Positions 1 to 12,100 of a stretch of 64,000 bases of DNA are shown here, piece after piece. Under the pieces are notes generated by a model that ran no database searches, was not told the origin of the DNA, and saw only the letters and a program-made list of their open reading frames with translations. The DNA is from Eledone cirrhosa (lineage: Eukaryota). Position numbers and translations under genes: made by a program. Location: contig OZ024740.1 of NCBI GenBank assembly GCA_964016885.1, positions 186,001-250,000 on the forward strand, read 5' to 3'. Position 1 is the stretch's first letter. Every line of letters starts with the position of its first letter.

Positions 1-2267
1 GGTGGGAAATGACAATGGGATGGGTGGAGTAGGTATCCTACTAGCTGACAAGTGGGTAGATAAGGTAATCTCAGTGAACAGGGTGAATCCAAGAATCATT
101 AAACTCAGACTAGTCCTGAATAAAACAATTACCACAATAATATCAGCTCATGCACCCCAATTGGGGTTGCCAGACGAACTTAAGGATAGGTTTTACCAGT
201 CCCTAATGCACACTACTGCTCTAACAAACGACAATAACTTCCTAATCATTACAGGAGATTTTAACGGACACGTAGGTAAACACCATGACAGCTTCTATAG
301 AGTCCATGGAGGCCACGGGTTTGGCACAAGAAATAAAAAAGGCTTCAGGCTTCTAGAATTCTGCGACGCCAATGACATGTCGATATAAACTTTAAAAATA
401 CCCGACAACCATCTGATCACCTATAGATCAGGGGAGCATTCTAGTCAGATAGTTTTATCCTCATCAGAAGATGTGACAGATGGATGGTCGTAAACACAAA
501 AGCCTACCCTAGTGAGGAATGTACCTGGTGGTGGAACAATAAGGTAGATGAGGCAGTTAAGGCTAAGAGACATGCATGGAAAGAATGGAAGAGCGGGGGG
601 AGCAGGGTACATTACATAGACACCAGGAGGGAAGCTAGGCGATAAGTATACCTAGCTAGGAGGGAAGCAGAGGATAGTGAATTCAAGTATGTTTTGCAAC
701 GTGAGGACCAGAAAGAGGTGTTCAGGATTGTGAGGCAGTGTGTCAGAGAGAATTGTGATGTCATTGGAGAGAAGTGTATCCGGAATGATAAAGGTGAGCT
801 TGCCCTCACAAGTGCTGAGAAGAAAGATGCATGGAAGAGCCATTATGATAGATTACTAAATGAGGAGAATGTATGGGAAGAAGAGACCCTACCCCAAGTA
901 GACTATATAGAGGGGCCAGCAGTACAAGTCAGCAGCATAGTAAGTAAGGCAATCAAAGATATGAAGATGGGGGAGGCAACCGGTCCATCGAGTATAGCTG
1001 CCGAGATGCTGAAGGTATCTGGGTCGGTAGGTCACACCATAACCACACGTATTATTAACCAGGTAATACTAGAATGTGTCTTACCAAAGGATTGTTGCAG
1101 CATCATCATTGTCAACTGCTACAAAGGTAAAGGGGATGCACTAGATAGAGGAAACTATAGAAGTATAAAGCTGATGGACCAGGTCATGAAAGTAACAGAA
1201 GGGGTTATAGCACTGTTGATTAGGGACCGGGTGAAACTAGATGGGATGCAATTTGGGTTTGTGCCAGTAAAAGGCACCACTGATGCCCTCTTCCTTGTGA
1301 GGCAGTTACAGGAAAATTACCTAGCTAAAAGTAAGCCGCTCTACCTGGCATTCGTCGATCTGGAGAAAGCTATTGACAGAGTTCCCCGTGCTATAATCTG
1401 GTGGGCTCTTAGAAAACTAGGAGTAGATGAATGGCTTGTGAAAGCTGTACAAGCCATGTATAGGGGAGCAGTCAGCAAAGTTAGGATTAGCAATGACTAT
1501 AGTGAGGAATTTAGCATACAGGTCGGTGTCCACCAGGGCTCTGTTCTTAGCCCTCTCCTGTTCATCATAGTTTTGCAGGCAATAACGGAGGAGTTTAACA
1601 CCGGATGCCCATGGGAACTCCTGTATGCAGATGACCTCACATTTATAGCTGAATCTATGGATTCCAAACATGGAAGCAGGGACTAGAAAGAAGGTATCAA
1701 AGTCAACCTGTCAAAGACTAAGGTCCTTGTAAGTAGATGATAAAACAGAACCCAGATCCCCAGAGGGAAATGGCCTTGCTCAGTATGTAGGAAAGGTGTA
1801 GGTAGGACCTCCATCCTCTGCGCCAAATGCAAACAATAGGTTCACAAGAGATGTAGCGGGATCTCAGGAAACTTAACTAAGAATGTAGGCTTCACATGTA
1901 GCAGCTGTGCTGGGACAGCAAGCAGCAGACAGCCACAGGAAACAAGTACCACCAAACTCTGGGAGGGCTCTGTAGAAACAGTAGACAGCTTCTGCTACCT
2001 AGGTGGCCGAATTAGCAGCGGAGGTGGGTGTTCGGAAAGTACAATAACTAGGGTAAGAACGGGATGAAAGAAATTCAGGGAACTACTTCCAGTGCTAGCT
2101 GCAAAAGGCTTTTCCCACAAAATGAAAGGCAGACTATATGATGCGTGTATACGAACAGCAATGTTACATGGTACTGAGACCTGGGCGCTGTCTGTAGAAG
2201 ACTTGCGTAGATTAGAAAGAATAGAAGCCTGCATGCTCCGATTGGTGTGTAATAGTAATATACGCAA
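1..2267 (+). mobile_element. RTE-clade LINE family A, degenerate copy (APE endonuclease + RT + PHD), 5' part
   Basis: ORFs 2..388 (GVGIL, SAHAPQ, GDFNGHVG = APE) and 694..1686 ([21 protein letters not shown]); stops and frameshifts; internal deletion at ~525 relative to the copy at 34.2-38.3 kb. Confidence 0.93.
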
Positions 2268-3016
2268 ACATCATCATCACCATCATCATCATCATTGTTT
2301 AACATCCATCTTCCACGCTTGCATGGGTTTGGACGGAGTTTTCCCACTTGAGGCAAGATTTGTTGTCCTGCTCGTATATGACTGTCTGGCGGGTTTACTA
2401 TGGCTGGATGCCCTTTCTAACACCAACCACGTTTACAGTGTGGACTGGGAGGTTTTTACCGTGTTACCTACACGGCCACATTACAGCGTGGACTGTGTGT
2501 GTTTTTTTTTTTTTTGTCGTGACACCTACACGACCTCATTTGTTTCGGACTGGATGTTGTGGTACCAACATAACTTCACATTTAAGGGGGTGGTGTGGAT
2601 GGGGTGGGGGTAGTGGGATGGGGGTGTATTTTGTTAGAGGTGCCTACTGACTGTAGGTTTCGCCTTGCACTTAGACAAGGCGGGTCTTCTGTACAACTGT
2701 GTAGCGCCAAAGCTCTCGGTCCAGTGACATTGTCTTGGAGAGGTGTAAGTGTGTGAGGTCGGAATTTATCAAGTCGTCCCAGGTTTTTCTGGGTCTGCCT
2801 ACTCCGTAGCTACCGTCTATTTTTCTCGCCCTGCACTTTTTTATACAGCTGTCGTCTTTCATGCGCATCACGTGACCGCACCAACGTAGTCTTCTCTCGA
2901 GTAAATAACATCTGATCCCTCTTATTCCTAATTTCTCCCTTAGTTCATTTATGCTTTGCCGTTCACGTATATTACTATTACACATCCAGCGGAGCATGCA
3001 AGCTTCGTTTCTCTCA
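2268..3016 (-). mobile_element. RTE family C 3' fragment inserted antisense into family A copy
   Basis: (CAT)n at 2268-2295; reverse complement of the 3' UTR and C-terminus (ORF 2671..2997, [19 protein letters not shown]) of the 42.5-46.2 kb element. Confidence 0.9.
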
Positions 3017-3590
3017 GCAAAGCATAAACAAATTGAGAGAGAGACTGAGCATAAGAGAAATCAAATGCTGGGTGCAGGAGAGGCGGTTGCGTTGGTATGG
3101 ACGTGATGTGTATGAAGGATGACAGCTGCATAAAAAGGTGCAGAGAACTAGAAGTTGATGGAAACGGCGGCGTGGAGAGACCCCAAAAGACTTGGGATGA
3201 GGTGATAAAAGCCGACCTCACCCAATTACACATGATCGTGACCTCTGGCGCCACGCAGTAATACAGAAGACTTGACCCCTCCACAGGTACAAGCCGAAGC
3301 TGAAGCATATAGACAATATGCCCCCACACCCTCCCACTGCAAAGTGGTCGTGGAGTTATCACGGCAAAAAGCACCCAGGCCACACTGTAAAGTGGACGTG
3401 TAGGCGCCAGGGAAAAAGTAAGCCAACACTCACTGTAAATGAGGTTGGTGTTAGGAAGGGCATCCAGCTGTAGAAATCAAGCCAGAATCAGTTCCTGTAT
3501 GAGCAAGACATGGTCAGCCGACCGGCTACTGCCCACAACAGGATAACCCATGCTAGCGTAGAAGAACGGACGTATGATGATGATGATATA
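3017..3590 (+). mobile_element. RTE family A 3' end (continuation of 1..2267)
   Basis: Resumes at gcaaagcataaac; matches the reverse complement of 40709-41290; ends catgctagcgtag...(ATG)n then (TA)n. Confidence 0.88.
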
Positions 3591-3721
3591 TATATATATA
3601 TATCTGTCTATCTACGTAGAACTCTTAACATTAAGTTCATATGTCGATATGCCATTATCGGTAAACCCAAATATTGTATTTTATCTGACGATAGCATACC
3701 AAAATACTGGTACCCTTGAAA

Positions 3722-4061
3722 TCATCATCATTTCATTTTTACATTCGCTTTTCCCTGCTTGCAAGGGTAGGACGGGAAATGATTCTGGCTTGATTTCTAC
3801 AGCTGGATGCCCTTCCTAACACCAACCTCATTTACAGTGAGTGCTGGGTGATTTTTTGCCATGGCACCTCCACGACCACTTTGCAGTGGAATGATAGGGA
3901 CCCCCAGTCCCTATCATCTCATTTCTACAGCTGAGTAAACTAGAGCAATGTGAAATAAAGTATCTTGCTCAAGGAAACAACACATCACCTGGTCTGAGAA
4001 TTGACCTCACAACCTTTCGATTGCAAGGCCAATGTTCGAAACACTAAGCCATGTGCCTCCA
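3722..4061 (-). mobile_element. tRNA-CORE SINE with RTE-B tail, full length
   Basis: Reverse-complement match to 28224..28570. Confidence 0.88.
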
Positions 4062-4071
4062 TGTATATATA

Positions 4072-4285
4072 CAAGGGTAATCCCAAAAGTAAGGTCTCCA
4101 AAGCGATGGGGACACAGAGAAACTGTTCATACAGTTGTTGGCAACACTGTTGTGATTGGTGCTTCCTTCACTCCCAAACAAGCATGCGCGCACTTCGCTG
4201 GGATGCTCAATCTTGGCTTGGCAGCCGTTGAGAATGGAGCCCCGTTAAACGTTACCGCCAAGTGCGAGTTTCGCGCAGTTATTAT
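4072..4285 (+). mobile_element. Mariner-type DNA transposon 5' end (TIR + transposase N-terminus)
   Basis: TA|caagggtaatcccaaaagtaaggtctcc TIR; translation APLNVTAKCEFRAVI resembles the mariner N-terminal HTH start. Confidence 0.7.
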
Positions 4286-4287
4286 AT

Positions 4288-4461
4288 AGAGGGCAATCCC
4301 AAAAGTAAGGTCTCCTTCCAAGGAAAACGTGCAAAGATCGGTGGATCACTCTGGATGTTCTCTGCATTTTGGTTCCTGAGGTTTGCCGAAGCACCATCCA
4401 CAGGATTTTAATGGAAAAGTTGCAATATCGGAAGGAGACCTTACTTTGGGGATTGCCCTCG
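4288..4461. mobile_element. Mariner-derived MITE (~174 bp)
   Basis: TIRs gagggcaatcccaaaagtaaggtctccttcc / ggaaggagaccttactttggggattgccctc, flanked by TA. Confidence 0.85.
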
Positions 4462-4504
4462 TATATACGAATGCGAGAGAGAGAAACTACCCCCAGTAAA
4501 CCCA

Positions 4505-6060
4505 ACAGAGGGACCAGCTATTGAGATTGATGAATATAGGGTCCAAGAGGCAATTAAGGAAATGAAAAATGGTTATAGCCGCTGGACCGTCGGGGATAGT
4601 TGCTAAGATGCTGAAGGCATTAGGAGAAGTAGGTACAAAACAGGTTGCACACATCTTCAATCAAGCTATATACGGCGGTGTCATACCCAAAGACTGGTGC
4701 AGCAGTATTCTCATAAATGCTACAAAGGTAAAGGGGATGCTCTGGAGTGGAGCAATTATAGGAGTATAAAACTGATGAATCAGGTTATGAAAGTGGCAGA
4801 AAGAATATTAGCGCAACTGATTAGAGAAAGGGTCAAATTAGATGAGATGCAGTTTGGTTTTGTACCTGGGAAAAGTACAACAGATGCCCTCTTCTTAGTG
4901 AGAGAACTACAAGAAAGGTTCTTAGAGAAGAATAAGCCACTATACTTAGCTTTTGTTGACCTAGAGAAGGCCTTTAATAGAGTACTCCGATCTGTCATCT
5001 GGTGGTCCCTAAGGAAACTAGGTGTAGAGGAATGGCTTGTGAGGACAGTGCAAGCTATGTACAGGGGTGCTGTCAGTAAAGTGAGAGTAGGAATGGAGTT
5101 TAGTGAGAAATTCCAGATACAAGTAGGAGTACATCAGGGTTCGGTCCTCAGCCCGCTCATGTTCATTATAGTCCTCCAAGCCATAAGAGGGGACTTTAAG
5201 ACTGGCTGCCCATTGGAAGTTCTCTATGATGACGATCTGGTCCTTATAGCAGAATTAGTAGAGGAGCTAGAAAAGAAATTCTGGCTGTGGAAACAGCAGT
5301 TGGACTTAAGAGGACTGAGAGTGAACCTAGTAAAGACAAAAGTGTTGTTAAGTAGAAAAGAGGATAGAACTCTGATTCCATCAGGGAAATGACCATGTTC
5401 GATATGTAGAAAAGGAGCTGGCATAAATTCTATAAAATGCACACAATGCAGATCTTGGGTACACAAGAGATGTAGTGGGATAGCAGACAAACTAACAGGT
5501 AGGGAAAACTACGTATGTAGTAGATGTACAGGGAAAGTTGGCAGTAGAAGTTGCAGAGATAGACACATTTCTCAAATGCAGGTAGTTTCTGTAGAAGTGG
5601 TTGATAGCTTCCGGTACCTAGGTGATCAGATTAGCATGGGAGGGGGGTGTTCCGAGGCCATAGTATCTAGAATAAGGAGGGGTTGGAAGAAGTTTAGGGA
5701 GCTGCTTCCTCTGTTGGTGCAATGTCAATGTGCATGAATGACCAAGCATAGATGAGTTGAGAGAAACTGTGTATAAGAGGAATAAGTTGTAGTGTGCCGG
5801 AGAGAAGACTTCGATGGTATGGACATGTGATGCGCATGGAGGATGACCGCTGGTTAAAGAAGTGCCAAGAAATCCTAGTAGAAGGAAGACGCAGTAGAGG
5901 AAGACCACGAAAAACATGGGCGGAGGTGGTGAGAGCAGACCACAGATCACTGAAGCTCACAGAGGAGATGACAAAGGACCGTGGAGAGATGCATTGCTTA
6001 ATAGGATGTGTCCCACCCTTGCAAGCAGGAAAAAGCGAACGTAAAATGATGATGATGATC
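4505..6060 (+). mobile_element. RTE family B, 5'-truncated degenerate copy
   Basis: ORFs 4697..5392 and 5794..6192 match 38453..40132; YADD mutated to YDDD; deletion at ~5715; tail cccttgcaagcagg...(ATG)n. Confidence 0.92.
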
Positions 6061-6365
6061 TTGATGATTTATACTTATATATATATATATAGAGAGAGAG
6101 AGAAAGAGATAGAGAGAGAGAGGGAGGGGGATAGAGATAGAGTGAGCGCGATCAGCAACAAACTCTCACAGAACCAATCAATATTGAAATAAATAGCTAA
6201 ACATTATGACAATGACCTAAAAGTACTACTAATAACAAACAGACAAAAGCAGTAAATCAACTTGATCTGTGCAGTTGTTTAACTGGTTCAATATAGTAGC
6301 TATTTCTGCCCCAACAAACTCTTTATTGTACTAGAGATGTATATCATATATATATGTTTATGTAT

Positions 6366-6673
6366 AATAAACATATATAAATATCACTAAGGGAATTTTA
6401 AGCTGTGATCATATCATAGCTGAGTGTCTGTTATCTGAGAATGGCAAACACTAGTATTTCAGGATATTTTACCCATCATCAGTGATGCTTACTCACTTGG
6501 TACTGAGATAAAAATAAGCTATAGCTTATATACATTATTTTTGTCTCAGTACAAAGTAAGCAAATGACGATGGCTAAAGGATCTTGAAACTCTAATGTTT
6601 AGTGTTCTTACACTGAGGTAGCTGTGACATGACTAAAGCTTAAGACATTCAGAATGAAACATACATTTATATT
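6366..6673. repeat. Old imperfect ~300-bp inverted repeat with degenerate hammerhead cores (Penelope pLTR-like relic)
   Basis: Arms pair around aagctatagctt (e.g. gtactgagataaaaata / tatttttgtctcagtac); CTGATGA..GAAA on minus at 6482-6457, ATGACGA..GAAAC on plus at 6564-6590. Confidence 0.55.
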
Positions 6674-6679
6674 AAACAG

Positions 6680-6861
6680 AAGTACCCAGCACACTCTCTA
6701 AATATGGTTGGCATTAGGAAGGGTATCCAGCTGTAGAAACAAAGTCAGAGACAATTCTGTATGAACATGACATGGTCACCAGATCTGGCATGTCTCACAA
6801 CAGGACAACTTTTCTAACCCATACTAGTATGGAAAAATGGATGTTAAATGGTGATGATGAG
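6680..6861 (+). mobile_element. SINE/RTE 3' portion
   Basis: ggttggcattaggaagggtatccagctgtagaaa motif, ccatactagtatgg hairpin, (ATG)n-like tail. Confidence 0.75.
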
Positions 6862-7049
6862 ATTGTAAATGCTGTCATGTATATATTCATTATGAATGAC
6901 ACTGTGTTAGTGCTACTACTAATTAAATATGTAAACAATATGTTGAAAGTCTTATTAACTGTTTGGACATTATTCCTACAATAAAGATAAAAATAATCCC
7001 AACCAGAAGAATCAGTGAAAATAATAGTTTTAGCACAAGATTTGTGCCA

Positions 7050-7205
7050 AAGGTCTAAACAAGCAGAACTAACAACAACCGATATCAGACGGCGAATTGA
7101 CAAAGTCATGAGAACGTCGGTTGGAATGCTTTATGGTATTCGTTCCGGCTCTCTGAGTTCAAATCGCACCAAGGTCAACTTTGCCTTTCATACTTTTGAG
7201 TCAAT
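7050..7205 (+). mobile_element. Meta-domain tRNA SINE fragment
   Basis: B-box gagttcaaatc followed by caactttgcctttcat, as at 30470-30695. Confidence 0.55.
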
Positions 7206-7752
7206 TCTTCCTCTATATCTTTCTTATTTCCTCTATATCTTTCTTATTTCCTCTCTCTCACTTTCTATCTTTCTCTGGAAGAAATCTGCTGTACTCTGGC
7301 CTGGAGAGGGATGGGCTCTGCCAGGCTTAAAATGGCCAAGAAACGCTGTATGTCAATACAGCTCCCCTGTGACTATCAGGAGTTACTGGACCATACATAC
7401 ATCACAATACTGATAGTATTAATGACCAGCTTGTACTGAGTCTTTTGATATTTCAATTATTATTCCTTGTTTGGTAATATAGTCAAGATTGAGGGAAGTC
7501 TTCATATGTCAAATGAAGTAGAACTCCCCAATATTAGAAATGAACTTTTATAGGAAAGAAGAGATTCTTCTAACTACTTTTCCCTGAATCATTAAAATTT
7601 ACATTTTTCAATTTTTGTTTTTATGGCTCAGTCAAAGGAGGAGGGCAGTACATGTGACCTTAATGTAAGGTATCTGAGAGTGGTGGGTGGAAGGGCAGTA
7701 CATGTGACCTTAATGTAAGGTATCTGAATCTGGTGGGAAGAAGGGCAGAACA

Positions 7753-8070
7753 CATCATCATTGGTTGTTTTTCCATGCTCACATAGGTTGGATGGGCCCT
7801 TTTCAGCATCTCTCCAATTGTTGCATCCTTTTGTCATCTCCTCTGTGAGTCTCAATGATTCGAGATCAGCTCTCACCCCCTCTGCCCAGGTTTTCCTTGG
7901 CCTACCTCTACTGCTGCTTCCTTCCACTAGGGTTTACTGGTACTTCTTTACCCAGTGATTATTATCCATTTGCATCACATGCCTGTATGAACGCAGTCTT
8001 CTCTCTTGCACACCACTTTGGATTCCTTTTAAACCCAGTTTCTCCCTTAGTTCATCCAGACTGCCATTCT
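7753..8070 (-). mobile_element. Old RTE (B-like) 3' fragment
   Basis: ORF 7628..7927 [10 protein letters not shown]...LRLTEEMTK; (CAT)n tail at ~7753. Confidence 0.8.
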
Positions 8071-8304
8071 CTCACACATTACACACCCAACAAAACATGG
8101 TTGGAGTCTGAAACACAGGAATTATTATTACATTGGAAACTTGGTCCAAATATTTGTAACAGTGTGGTCTATGTTAAAGACAACCTCAGTAGGTCAGGTG
8201 GTTATATTAAACTGGGTGACAGTCTATCTGACAGGTGTCCACAGAGTTTTTGTCTACCAAATTTCAAACATAAAACCTTGATTGACCTGAGATTTTAGTA
8301 GAAG

Positions 8305-8568
8305 CAAGGCCTGATTTAATTGGGGGCCATTGCCCAAGGCACCCTGCAGCGGGGGCCCCACCAGTGACAGCCATTGCAATTTATTTTTGCACTCAGTTGG
8401 GATTTTTAGTTTCAGGATGGTTAGAATGTTTTAATTTAAAAGTTGTATGTATAACTCTTCAATTCCAATTACTTGAGGCAAGCTAACTTGATATGTAAAA
8501 TTGGGGGGTTTGCTGTGTATTCTAAGATTTTGTGTATGGGTGCCCCCCAATGTCTAAATCCAACCCTG
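8305..8568. mobile_element. hAT-type MITE inserted in a SINE
   Basis: Imperfect TIRs caaggcctgattta / ctaaatccaaccctg; 8-bp flanks agtagaag / gatagaag (6/8 match). Confidence 0.6.
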
Positions 8569-8943
8569 GATAGAAGACATTTTCTCAAGGAGCTGTGTAG
8601 TAGGACTAAACACAGAGCTAAATATGAAGTAAAATTCTACACAACCATAACTAACAATATATAATTGCATCTTATGTGATGGAGAGGGAAGGGGATACTT
8701 TCCATGTTATTTAGGGAAGATTTTCTTACGCTGATTTTGGCATCTCAATATCCCTACTTAAACGTACATCCCTACTTGGTTCTCGCATAATTGACCGCGT
8801 CACTCCTCAATCATTCCATGAGGATAAGAGAACTCAGAAAGTACCCAGCTACATTCCTCAATCTTTGCATATGTGTGTTGCTATTTCACGTTTCCTACTC
8901 CATGCAATGCCAGGTCCTGCTGCTAATGACTATATAAGACAGT

Positions 8944-9180
8944 ATTATTATTATTATTCATAATGCTTTGTTCTGGCATATGTTATATGGACATTATACC
9001 AAAACAAGAAGACATAGCCAATAGCCAAAGGTCCTTTGTGTCATTCCTTCTCCTTCAACTTCCAAACACCCATCTTAGAATTCTTGCTGTTCCCAGCAAC
9101 ACTCTTTTCTGCAACAATCACCTCCTGATGGTAATCCTTAGCTTCTCAAGTGTACCAACCACAGTCGGTACCACTACTAC
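8944..9180 (-). mobile_element. R4/Dong-like (RLE) non-LTR retrotransposon 3' relic abutting (TAA)n
   Basis: Minus-strand translation VVVVPTVVGTL...LLQKRVLLGTARILRWVF resembles the R4-clade C-terminal motif VPxVxGxLG...LQKxxLLGTARILR; ends in (TAA)n. Confidence 0.7.
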
Positions 9181-12100
9181 ATGTCTAACCTACTAACTAC
9201 TCCCAGTGTACCAACCACAGTCGGTACCACTACTACATGTCTAACCTACTAACTACTCCCAGTGTAGCAACCACAGTCGGTACCACTACTACATGTCTAA
9301 CCTACTAACTACTCCCAGTGTACCAACCACATTCGGTACCACTACTACATGTCTAACCGACTAACTACTCCCAGTGTACCAACCACAGTCGGTACCACTA
9401 CTACATGTCTAACCTACTAACTACTCCCAGTGTACCAACCACATTCGGTACCACTACTACATGTCTAACCTACTAACTACTCCCAGTGTACCAACCACAG
9501 TCGGTACCACTACTACATGTCTAACCTACTAACTACTCCCAGTGTAGCAACCACAGTCGGTACCACTTCTACATGTCTAACCTACTAACTACTCCCAGTG
9601 TACCAACCACAGTCGGTACCACTACTACATGTCTAACCTACTAACTACTCCCAGTGTAGCAACCACATTCGGTACCACTACTACATGTCTAACCTACTAA
9701 CTACTCCCAGTGTACCAACCACATTCGGTACCACTACTACATGTCTAACCTACTAACTACTCCCAGTGTACCAACCACATTCGGTACCACTACTACATGT
9801 CTAACCTACGAACTACTCCCAGTACACCAACCACAGTCGGTACCTCTACTACATGTCTAACCTACTAACTACTCCCAGTGTACCAACCACAATTGGTACC
9901 AGAACCACATGTCTAACCTACTAACTACTCCCAGTGTACCAACCACATTCGGTACCACTACTACATGTCTAACCTACTAACTACTCCCAGTGTACCAACC
10001 ACAGTCGGTAACACTACTACATGTCTAACCTACTAACTACTCCCACTGTACCAACCACAATTGGTACCACAACCACATGTCTAACCTACTAACTAGTCCC
10101 AGTACACCAACCACATTCGGTACTACTACATGTCTAACCTACTAACTACTCCCAGTGTACCAACCACAGTCGGTACCACTACCACATGTCTAACCTACTA
10201 ACTAGTCCCAGTGTACCAACCACAGTCGGTACTACTACATGTCTAACCTACTAACTACTCCCAGTGTACCAACCACAGTCGGTACCACTACCACATGTCT
10301 AACCTACTAACTACTACCCGTACACCAACCACAGTCGGTACCACTTCTACATGTCTAACCTACTAACTACTCCCAGTGTACCAACCACAGTCGGTACCAC
10401 TTCTACATGTCTAACCTACTAACTACTCCCAGTACACCAACCACAGTCGGTACCACTTCTACATGTCTAACCTACTAACTACACCCAGCACACCAACCAC
10501 AGTCGGTACCACTTCTACATGTCTAACCTACTAACTACTCCCACTGTACCAACCACAATTGGTACCACAACCACATGTCTAACCTACTAACTAGTCCCAG
10601 TGTACCAACCACAGTCGGTACTACTACATGTCTAACCTACTAACTACTCCCAGTGTACCAACCACAGTCGGTACCACTACCACATGTCTAACCTACTAAC
10701 TACTACCCGTACACCAACCACAGTCGGTACCACTTCTACATGTCTAACCTACTAACTACTCCCAGTGTACCAACCACAGTCGGTACCACTTCTACATGTC
10801 TAACCTACTAACTACTCCCAGTACACCAACCACAGTCGGTACCACTTCTACATGTCTAACCTACTAACTACACCCAGCACACCAACCACAGTCGGTACCA
10901 CTTCTACATGTCTAACCTACTAACTACTCCCAGTACACCAACCACAGTCGGTACCACTTCTACATGTCTAACCTACTAACTACTCCCAGTACACCAACCA
11001 CAGTCGGTACCACTACTACATGTCTAACCTACTAAGTACTCCCAGTGTACCAACCACAGTCGGTACCACTTCTACATGTCTAACCTACTAACTACTCCCA
11101 GTGTACCAACCACAGTCCGTACCACTTTTACATATCTAACCTACTAACTACTCCCAGAGTACCAACCACAGTTGGTTCCACTTCTACATGACTAACCTAC
11201 TAACTACTCCCAGTGTACCAACCACAGTCGGTACCACTACTACATGTCTAACCTACTAACTACTCCCAGTACACCAACCAGAGTCGGTACTACTACATGT
11301 CTAACCTACTAACTACTCCCAGTGTACCAACCACAGTCCGTACCACTTTTACATATCTAACCTACTAACTACTCCCAGTGTACCAACCACAGTCGGTACC
11401 AATTCTACATGTCTAATCTACTAACTACTCCCAGTGTACCAAGCACAGTCGGTACCACTACTACATGTCTAACCTACTAAGTACTCCCAGTGTACCAACC
11501 ACAGTCGCTACCACTTCTACATGTCTAACCTACTAACAACTCCTAGTGTACCAACCACAGTCTGTACCCCTACTACATGTCTAACCTACTAACTACTCCC
11601 AGTACACCAACCACAGTCGGTACCACTTCTGCATGTCTAAACTACTAACTATTCCCAGTACACCAACCACAGTCGGTACCACTACTACATGTCTAACATA
11701 CTAACTACTCCCAGTGTACCAACCACAGTCAGTACCACTTCTAAATGTCTAACCTACTAACTACTCCCAGTGTACCAACCAGAGTTGGTAGCACTACTAC
11801 ATGCCTAACCTACTAACTACTCCCAGTGTACCAACCACAGTCGGTACCACTTCTACATGTCTAACCTACTAACTACTCCCAGTACACCAACCACAGTCGG
11901 TACCACTACTACATGCCTAACCTACTAACTACTCCCAGTACACCAACCACAGTCGGTACTACTACATGTCTAACCTACTAACTACTCCCAGTGTACCAAC
12001 CACAGTCGGTACCACTACTACATGTCTAACTTACTAACTACTCCCAGTTTACCAACCACAGTTGGTACCACTACTACATGTCTAACCTACTAACTACTCC

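Noticed and set aside
6900-6995. Strong minus-strand splice acceptor (ttttatctttattgtag) as the next ankyrin exon
   Set aside because: Downstream translation shows no ankyrin or BARD1 similarity and no clear donor
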